This document shows, piece after piece, positions 1 to 7,179 of a stretch of 19,625 nucleotides of DNA. Below the pieces are notes generated by a model. That model made no database searches. It was not told the origin of the DNA and saw only the letters and a list, made by a program, of their open reading frames with translations. The DNA lies in contig JBHGNT010000597.1 of the NCBI GenBank assembly GCA_043228905.1, forward strand, positions 1 through 19,625. Reading direction: 5' to 3'. This DNA comes from Azolla caroliniana. Taxonomy: Eukaryota > Plantae > Polypodiophyta. Position numbers and translations under genes: made by a program. Numbering within the stretch: the stretch's first letter is position 1; the number at the start of each line of letters is the position of its first letter.

Positions 1-61
1 GGTGAAGTGTCTCCGTGACACCTTGTGTTAGGTCTTGTCCGGTCAGCGAATAACACAGTTT

Positions 62-79
62 TGGCGACCACGATGGGAT
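62..79 (+). promoter_or_regulatory. Primer-binding site complementary to the 3' 18 nt of a tRNA-Arg-like tRNA (second copy on the - strand at 99-116)
   Basis: TGGCGACCACGATGGGAT starts with TGG (pairs with CCA) and is the exact complement of 99-116. Confidence 0.9.
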
Positions 80-116
80 CCAAAGGTCGTGGGTTCGAAT
101 CCCATCGTGGTCGCCA
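76..116 (+). pseudogene. 3' half of a mature tRNA (about positions 36-76, Arg(UCG)-like), including CCA
   Basis: GGA-TCCAA-AGGTC-GTGGG-TTCGAAT-CCCAT-CGTGGTC-G-CCA fits the anticodon 3' strand, 5-nt variable loop, T stem-loop, acceptor strand, discriminator and CCA with canonical spacing. The isotype is assigned from remembered similarity to eukaryotic tRNA-Arg(UCG); the anticodon itself is absent. Confidence 0.85.
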
Positions 117-157
117 AAACTGTGTTATTCGCTGACCGGACAAGGCCTAACACAAGG

Positions 158-540
158 TGTCACGGAGACACTTCACCAAAGGGTGATTACGGCATAGGAT
201 TAAGATTCAACGATTACAACGACTTCCATAGGTTACACGATTAGAGTGCTTTAGTTAATTACACGCGTAAGATATAACAGTAATTACAGAACGGAAATCA
301 AGACAGAAGTATAAATATCATAAGCTCTATTAATTATCCGCTGTGATTACAATGGGGTCCGGGCCTTTAAATAGGTTTCCGGCCCGTAGTACAAAACGGT
401 GCCTCTCGCACCTATTCGGGATCCGTCCGGATCTGGAACGGCATACCGTTTCCAGTCCGTCCGTCCACACTATGCTTATTACAACCATACTTAATTAATT
501 CCTTCACTCCGTATTTTGGACTCCTTGCCGGCCGGTAACA
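158..540 (-). mobile_element. 5' LTR (about 383 bp) of a tRNA-Arg-primed LTR retrotransposon, probably Gypsy, inserted into a Gypsy pol
   Basis: On the - strand it starts TGTTACCGG at 540 and ends CCGTGACA at 158 (imperfect inverted termini). A TATTTAAA box lies near 366-373 and a PBS lies downstream. Pol coding sequence starts abruptly at 541. Alternative 3' end at 121-123. Confidence 0.75.
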
Positions 541-1917
541 ACGCTTAATGAATTCGACGAGAGCAAGTACGACTGGGAGTGGCTCTAGATCGGCGGGTTC
601 CTAAACAAAATGACAGCGGACGCAACGTGGACGAAGGAAGAGACCAACCGGATTCGGAAGAAACTGTACCGATTCTTCCTACGGGCCAGGAGCATATGGA
701 AGCACCAGAAGAAGAGAAACGACATCCCGCTCCGAGTGGTGGCGAAGAAAGAGGAACAAGAAGAATTTCTCACGGCATACAACGAGAGTCCCTAGGCCGG
801 ACACCGCGGGACGTGGGCCACATTCGAGAAGCTAAAGGGGAAGTACTGGTGGCCGGGACTATACCGAGACATGCATTGGTTTGTGACGACTTGCGAAAGC
901 TGTTAGGTGCACTCCATAGTTCGACATCGGGACGAGCTTCACCCGACCTACCCTCCGACCGTCCACTTTAAGTGGATGGTGGATCTGGTGACGATGCCGA
1001 TGGGGGTAGGGTAGATGCGGTATCTGGTGCTGGCTCGGGAGGACCTGACGAACCAGGTGGAAGGTCGAGCGTTGCAAAACAAAACGACCACGGCCGTGTG
1101 CCGATTTCTGATCGAAGAAGTGGTATGTCGGTACGGGTGCGTAGGTAAGATCGTGGCCGACCGCGGAGAATTGGATGCGCAAGAGGCGGAAGAGTTGTTT
1201 GACCGGCTAGGGATTAAACTCTTGCTCACCACAACGTACAATCCGGAGGCTAACGGGAAGGTGGAACGCGGACAAGGGCCAATCGTCAAAGCGTTAGTAC
1301 AGGCGTGTGGAGGCCAAGTCAGAAACTGGCCATGGCTCTTACCCTATGCATTGTGGGCGGACCGAACTACGCACAGTTTGGTAACCGGGTTCGTGCCGGC
1401 AGAGCTAATGTACGGGCAGAAGCCGATCATGCCAACGAAGCAGACAATCTCCTCATGGGTCACGGTGGAGTGGAAAGACGAGATGAGCCGGGAGGAGCTG
1501 TTAGCGGCACGGATTCGGCAACTGGAGCGAAGACCAGAGGACGTGGACCGAGCCGCGGAGAAGCTACGGGTGGCGAGGGTAAAGAACAAAGGACGGTTCG
1601 ACCGGACTCACCGACTAAGACCGACGAAGATCGAGGAAGGCGACTGGGTTCTAGTGTATGACAACACCCTCGACAACCAGCATAGGGCAATGCGGAAGTT
1701 TGCAAGAAGGTGGTTCGGGCCTTATGTGGTGACAAGCGCCAACGACAATGGGACCTACCATCTCGCGGAGCTCAACGGGACAAGGATGGCGGTACTGGTG
1801 GCGGGGAATAGGATCAAAGCATTCAAAAAGCGGCACGAGGTTGAACTGGACCCGGAGGACCTGGATAGCGACAACGACCGGCTCGGAACGGATGTCGATT
1901 CGGAAGACGAAGGATAA
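541..1917 (+). pseudogene. pol: Ty3/Gypsy pol 3' fragment: integrase (zinc-binding region, DDE core, GPY motif), no chromodomain
   Basis: One continuous frame with four TAG stops (586, 793, 904, 1012). Motifs: AGHRG...CESC, WMVDLV, VADRGE, NGKVERG, WFGPYVV. Clearly homologous to the integrase at about 18660-19625. Confidence 0.93.
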
Positions 1918-1991
1918 GCGTTGGCCAGTCTTCTCCAACAAGAGTCCAATTTTGGCGCATACCGGTGGATGCGCGGTTAGGTGGGGCCGGA

Positions 1992-2504
1992 TTTCGTGGA
2001 GAAAACCATCCCTAGGCGGAAACCAGGTATAACGTCTGTAAACCGGGCCTTATATGTGGGCACAAGTTTTATTGTATAGTACGTAGATAGGTACAAGTCG
2101 GCCGAGGTGAAATCCTAGGTAGCACGCATTCACTAGGGAGAAAATCAAGGCGTATCCTTGTCCGAAAGGACAAGGAATAAACATGATGTACCGGGTGGTA
2201 ACGGCCGCTCGAGTGCTTCTGGCAGAGTCTCCATCTCACGTTGTGTGTGCGCACGTGTGTGTGTGCAGGCGTCGGAGCCTATCACTCGTCGGTTTTCCGG
2301 TTGTAACTCCTTGATTTATATATACATATACCTTCGTCCTGTCTCCATTTTTCAGAGTTAGTTGCAACTCCTGGGAATCAGTGTGTCTGTGCACGTGTGA
2401 AGTACATCGGTAGTTTCCTTCCCCTCTTCTCATTCGGTTATTTCTCGGTCCAGGGCTCTGATGGTCTCGCCTCATTCTCCACGCACGCGCGTAACAACGC
2501 GACA
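1992..2504 (+). mobile_element. Probable 3' LTR of the Gypsy element at 541-1917
   Basis: Follows the integrase stop and a G-rich PPT-like tract (GGTTAGGTGGGGCCGGA, about 1975-1991). Termini are T(t)TCGTG...CGCGACA, assuming one mutation from TGTCG. TATA-rich tract near 2316-2330. No second copy in the window to confirm the boundaries. Confidence 0.55.
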
Positions 2505-3044
2505 ACAGGTAAGTATACATTGGAGATGATGGAATGCCCGACAACAAGGGGAAGTAGGAAGAGGAAACAAAACATTCGTAACACCTCGACCCTTGATATC
2601 TCAGATGTGGATATCATTGTGTACGACTTCACGCTTACAAAAGCTGGTGTCGTGAAGATTTTCGGCAATGGTGTGAAAATCATATAAGACGTACTAATTG
2701 TAAGTAAGTTTAATATTTTAGTACAAAAAGATTGAGGTCTTCAAGAGTTTTCAAATGTGCTTTACCACATAAAAAATGAACATCTAAGTGACAAGTTATG
2801 TGGGAGTGAAGTATGAGAAGAAAGAAGAGAAAAATAAAACTGTGAGATATCCCACATAGATAGGAAATAAGAATCTCACCATATATAAGGAAGAGCAAAA
2901 GCTATTATCTTTGTGTCTATGTGTGGAGCATAGAGAGTTCAAGGTGACTTGAACTAAGCTATTGGATGAATGGGTGTGGCCTGGCTACGGAACCGAGATC
3001 CGGCGATCGAAAGGTAACCGACATTCGGCATCCACTGGCATCAT

Positions 3045-3076
3045 CCGGCAACCGGCAACCGGCAACCGGCAACCGG
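3045..3076 (+). repeat. (CCGGCAA)x4.5 tandem repeat, followed by a TA-rich microsatellite to about 3125
   Basis: Read directly from the sequence. Confidence 0.95.
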
Positions 3077-3141
3077 ATAGATATATAAATAAATAAATAT
3101 ATATATATATACACATATATATACACAAGGAGGGCAAGTGA

Positions 3142-3195
3142 GGATTCGAACCTTGCACCTCCTAATTAAGGGTCAGTAGGCTTACCAGTGAGCCA
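3142..3195 (-). promoter_or_regulatory. tRNA-derived Pol III type-2 internal promoter (A box + B box)
   Basis: On the - strand: A box TGGCTCACTGG (3195-3185) and B box GGTTCGAATCC (3152-3142), 32 nt apart. Does not fold into a full cloverleaf. Confidence 0.7.
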
Positions 3196-4233
3196 TGGCA
3201 TTTAGTTGAATTTATATTTCTATCATTGTACTTTTACATATAAATTCTCATACATGAGAGCTAAAATGAGTGACATGGTTATCATGCACCACATGTAATA
3301 CATGAGCGCCAAATGGCAAACATGCATTTTATGCATGTCTTGTAGCCTCACATGCATCATATGCATGAGAGCATCTATAAAAGAAAGGATGAAAAAGAAG
3401 AAGGGTTAGGCTCTTTTGGTTATGAAATTAAGAAGAAGAAAATTCGTTATCAAATTGATCGTGTAACTTGTTTCTTAAATCTAAAGATAAAAGTTCAATC
3501 AATCTCTCTCAATCCAAAGTCAAGCGTTTAATCTCAATTTCTCTCTTTCCCAATCTATCTTAAATATTTCCTCACTAAAGCTTGTACCGACTTTGAATCC
3601 TTCCGGTCCAGAATCCCGGCGATTCCGCCTCACGATCCGCGCCTAGTGACGGATCTTCACGACACCGAATGTTTAAGGAAGTCAACAATAGATATAATAA
3701 AAAAAATATTACCAAGTCTAGAAGATGGCTCGGGACGAAGGCAAACAAGATATGCTAAAGTCACACCATTTGGTTTGTGAAGAAGATAATGCATTGATTG
3801 GTACATCCGAGGATGACGAGGAGGAATCCTCATTGTATATTAGCTATAGTAGTGATTCTCTGTAAAGGAATGATCATGGATGTATTTTTGGCTCTCAACT
3901 GTATCTACCTTCCGCTTGTAACAAAATTGAGTAATATAAAAGCATGTGTTTTGAATTCTTTCGAATCCTATTAATATCGTTTCTTATAAAAAACAATGGT
4001 TGTAAAGTTTGTGATATAAATTGAGAATGTAGCTTTTCGAAAATTCACTTGTTTTATTCATTTTTAAATCACGAAAATGGTGGATTTTCTCCCTTTTTCA
4101 TAGTAGATTTGAGAATGTATGATACTAGTATCAATGTGTTTTGTATTATCATTGAAAAAGTACTAAAATTCAATGGAATATTCCTTAACCTTCCATTTAT
4201 GCGCGATCCTTCTACTTGTGAATGTGAACGTGT

Positions 4234-5035
4234 TCACCTTCAACTCGTCAACAAGGTGACAATTTGTAACCCAAGAGTTAGACTGAGTATCAACGAATTC
4301 GATGAAGCTTTCACGGGAAGGCCTATCTACTCAATGAGGGATCGGCAGTCAAGGTATGACCAGTTCCAACTAGTTCTGGAAAGTAGGATGTCATGACTAT
4401 GCGAACCCCTATCCGGCTAGTACGGATGTGTCCCTTTCCATAAGGCAACACGAACTCCGTAGCCCATATGGTGAATGCAATGAACAAGGTACAAAGAGAT
4501 TGCATATTGAACATCATCATGTCATTCCTCGATGACATCCCAATAAATGGGTGCTCAGAAGTAGAAAAGGACGAGATGTTGGACGAGGATGGATGCAAGT
4601 GTATCATGGTAGGTCACATCGCCGATTGTGAGAAGAGTTTACAAAGATTAGAAGATGCGTGATTAACCATCTTGGGAGAAGTTGGAATTCAGATAGTCAG
4701 AGATTCTCATCGTGGGACTCTTGTGTAGGGTGTATGGATGGAAGCCTTCCCTAGCAAAGATGGACGCCATCATAGAAACGAAGATTGAATGTAAATCACA
4801 AATGGAAATGAGGCAATTTCCTGGTACTTGCGCATTCTACCATATTTGGATCCCCCCACTATGCTCACATAGCCGAGCCCTTGTATGGGCTACTCAAGAA
4901 GGGACGGAAGTTCAAATGGGAAAAAGAGCACACTAAGGCAATGAGGAGGTTAAATGAGATGTTGGTAGCAACAACAACTTTACGAAAAGCCATATACAAG
5001 GAAGGGATGCCCATCTATGTGACGGTAGATATGAG
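4234..5035 (+). pseudogene. pol: Degenerate Ty3/Gypsy reverse transcriptase to the start of RNase H
   Basis: Motifs LQLVNKVTI, YDQFQL, MVNAMNKV, SFLDDIP, LLKKGRKFKW, IYVTVDMS. Collinear with the RT at about 17065-17790. Multiple frameshifts and stops. Confidence 0.9.
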
Positions 5036-5222
5036 TGTCCTTGCGGATCACTTCACCAAAGGGGTGGTTACGGGGGTTAATGCTTCCAACACAAATATAG
5101 TTTTATCCGATTGGTTCCGGATTAACAACATGCACGGATTGATTACCCGCGTAGGATATGACAGTAAGAATAGAACGGAAAGTAAGTAGATACACAATAA
5201 TCTTAAAGCCAACTTTACTTAT
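5036..5222 (-). mobile_element. 3' portion of an LTR related to the 158-540 LTR
   Basis: Starts TGTC exactly where RNase H homology stops. 5049-5073 matches 169-192 at 23/25 and 5142-5181 matches 258-297 at 34/40, collinear. Confidence 0.75.
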
Positions 5223-5268
5223 TGTAAAGAATTGATGGCGATTCTTGTGCAGCGGAATAGGTTAGAGA

Positions 5269-5307
<39 letters not shown>

Positions 5308-5620
5308 GGAGAGAAACACAAGATAGATAGAATAGACGATGGAAAAATACTCAAGAAGATGTATGTTACAAAGGAGATTAACCGAGTTATTACAAAGTAA
5401 GAGGAGAGTGCTTTATATAGTCACTCTCTCTCTTCATTAACTACCAAAGCTCATGAGTCATGGGGAATGTGGAAACTCATTAGTTATGTGTAATAGAATA
5501 TGATTCTATGACACATAGTTAATGTGTAAAGAGTAGTGGTGTGACTTTTGACCTTTGAGTGTTCATACACTCTCAAGGGTGTGTTCACGCACTAGGCTAG
5601 GTTGAGCTTGATTCTCAACA
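5223..5620 (-). repeat. 3' LTR (about 398 bp) of the minus-strand Copia
   Basis: Begins TGTTGAG directly after the PPT TTGAGGGGGCA (5631-5621) and ends TCTTTACA at 5223. CTATATAAAG at 5420-5411; (TG)n(AG)n microsatellite at 5269-5304. The 3' boundary is inferred. Confidence 0.7.
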
Positions 5621-6320
5621 TGCCCCCTCAAGCTCAACTTTGGTCGGCTTGTCCGCCTCGACTCGTACCCGATTCGAATGGCATTCGGTTCTCTTTGTTT
5701 GGTGTCCGCTTCGAATGATACCCAGTTCAGACGTACTACCCCTCAAGCTTGGCAAGTCAGGGATCATCAATCCAAGGTCCAACATGAATTGTCGAAGCTT
5801 GTCGGCTCCTAGGGCTTTGGTGAAGATGTCGGTTGTTTGAAGATTCATGCTTATGTGTTGAAGGTCGACATCTCCAGCCTGAATGCGCTCTCGAATGAAG
5901 TGATAGTGCACTTCGATATGCTTCGTACGTGCGTGCAACACCGGCTTCCGAGCCAAATGAATGTTGCTCATGTTGTCGCAGTAAAGTGGAATCGGATCTT
6001 TGATGGGAACATCCAGATCCTTCAATATCCTCTTGAGCCATACGGCTTCACATGCGGCCACCGTCACGCCCCTGTATTCGGCCTCTATGCTCGAAAGAGC
6101 GATGGTTGGTTGCTTCTTGCTATTCCAGGAAATGACTCCACTTCTGACGGAGAAGACAAAACCAGAGGTTGATCGTCGATCAGCTTTGTAGCCGGCCCAG
6201 TCGGCATCAGTGTGTACCCTTCGAGTCGAATTGGAGTGGCTAACTTATAGAGAATGCCATAGTCCATCGTTCCACTCACGTATCTTAGCACTCGCTTAGC
6301 ACAATCTGAATGTATATCTC
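5615..6320 (-). pseudogene. pol: Copia RT C-terminus and RNase H (frameshifted near 6210)
   Basis: Motifs LRYVSGT, AACEAVWL, YCDNMS, RTKHIEVHYHFIRE, DIFTKAL. Confidence 0.92.
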
Positions 6321-6603
6321 TGTCGAATACATGTGTATAATGGACGTATTCACACTATCCTGTTTTGGCCATTTATGTAATTAGCATAAAGGGCAGTTGC
6401 CCTAAGTCGGTCACTATATATAGTGACCTAGTAACCTCTTTGTGGGGTTGGCTATTGTATTGTTGCTTTATGGAATAAAGAGTCTTTTGTGTCTCTCTCT
6501 CTCTCTCTCTCTCTGTCCAACGACCTACAGTCTGTCATACGCAGGTACTCAGAAACCATCGAATGCTTCTTGATCTTCCGCACTGACGACCTATTCTCCA
6601 ACA
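6321..6603 (+). repeat. 5' LTR
   Basis: TGTCGAATAC...CTCCAACA; 282/283 identical to 11387-11669, the difference being at 6491 at the edge of the CT microsatellite. Confidence 0.98.
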
Positions 6604-6605
6604 TC

Positions 6606-6618
6606 TGGTATCAGAGCC
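6606..6618 (+). promoter_or_regulatory. PBS for initiator tRNA-Met
   Basis: TGGTATCAGAGCC, 2 nt after the LTR. Confidence 0.97.
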
Positions 6619-7179
6619 TGCACAGTAGTCGGTCCCTCAATCCGCTGTCGGCCGTCGTCTCTGCATTCGGTTTCCTGCGTCATTCGAAGAAGACAGAAGA
6701 AGAAGAAAAACCAGGTTTGCATCTCATCGCGTTAGATCATCTTTGTTTGGAGTAAGCCAGCAGGTTGTACTCCGTTCCCAGTGATCGTAACCGCTCGAGG
6801 TGAAATCCCCTTGTGCAACTCTGACAACAACCCAAATTCGTGCTTCATCTGGCTGATCGACATTCGAGAGGATCAGTCGGATCCGTCTCTCTCGTCGCTG
6901 CAGTCAACCGAAGCAAAATCGGTCCAGATAATCGGTTTTAATAATCGGTATTCGGCATATATATCCGAAGCGAACCGGGCTCACTCCGACTCGGCAACAT
7001 TCGGGAAGACCAGTCGGTTCTGTCCCTCAAGTTACCGGAGTCAATTCGAGCAAGTTCCGAAGCCGAACCGACTCGGGTTCAAATCCGACTAGAACGATAT
7101 CGGGTGAGCCAACCGGCTGCACTCCAACAAGGCTCGTAGTCAACTCCGAACCGAGCTTCGTCAACCGAAACCCAATTTG

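Larger units (their letters stand above)
1..177. repeat. Long inverted repeat (arms 1-79 and 99-177, 19-nt loop), truncated by the window start
   Basis: The reverse complement of 99-177 matches 1-79 at 78/79 positions; the only mismatch is T33 vs G145. Each arm consists of an LTR 3' end, a spacer and a PBS. Confidence 0.97.
2648..3664. mobile_element. Non-autonomous TIR element (1017 bp) with TGT...ACA ends, Ginger/GingerRoot-like
   Basis: Perfect 12-bp TIR: TGTCGTGAAGAT (2648-2659) and ATCTTCACGACA (3653-3664). Flanks CTGG and CCGA are each one transition away from CCGG. AT-rich non-coding interior. Confidence 0.75.
2505..3780 (+). pseudogene. C-terminal fragment of an unidentified, probably transposon-encoded ORF, split by the 2648-3664 insertion
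   Basis: Removing the insertion plus one 4-bp TSD joins ...DIIVYDFTLTKA to GCLRKSTIDIIKKILPSLEDGSGRRQTR... in frame up to TGA at 3778-3780. Family not recognised. Confidence 0.4.

Noticed and set aside
76-116. Functional tRNA gene
   Set aside because: The 5' half (acceptor 5' strand, D arm, anticodon) is absent. It carries CCA and is fused to LTR-leader sequence.
1-177. Host miRNA precursor
   Set aside because: The arms are fully explained as LTR end, spacer and PBS. Any small RNAs would be transposon-derived.
3045-3076. CRISPR-like or telomeric repeat
   Set aside because: A 7-bp head-to-tail repeat with no spacers, and not a TTTAGGG-type motif.
3230-3375. CATG/ATGCAT cluster as RY regulatory elements or an array
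   Set aside because: Irregular spacing inside a transposon. It could arise from low complexity or CG deamination.
2646-3666. hAT element (8-bp TSD) or TSD-less element with 14-bp TIR
   Set aside because: No 8-bp duplication is present. The extra GG/CC is explained by a palindromic CCGG TSD, though a TSD-less reading also keeps the host frame and is not fully excluded.
5036-5620. A single chimeric Copia LTR sharing U5 with the 158-540 LTR
   Set aside because: Homology to the first LTR ends near 5222, exactly where a Copia-type TCTTTACA terminus appears. Nested insertion is simpler, although no second LTR is available to prove it.
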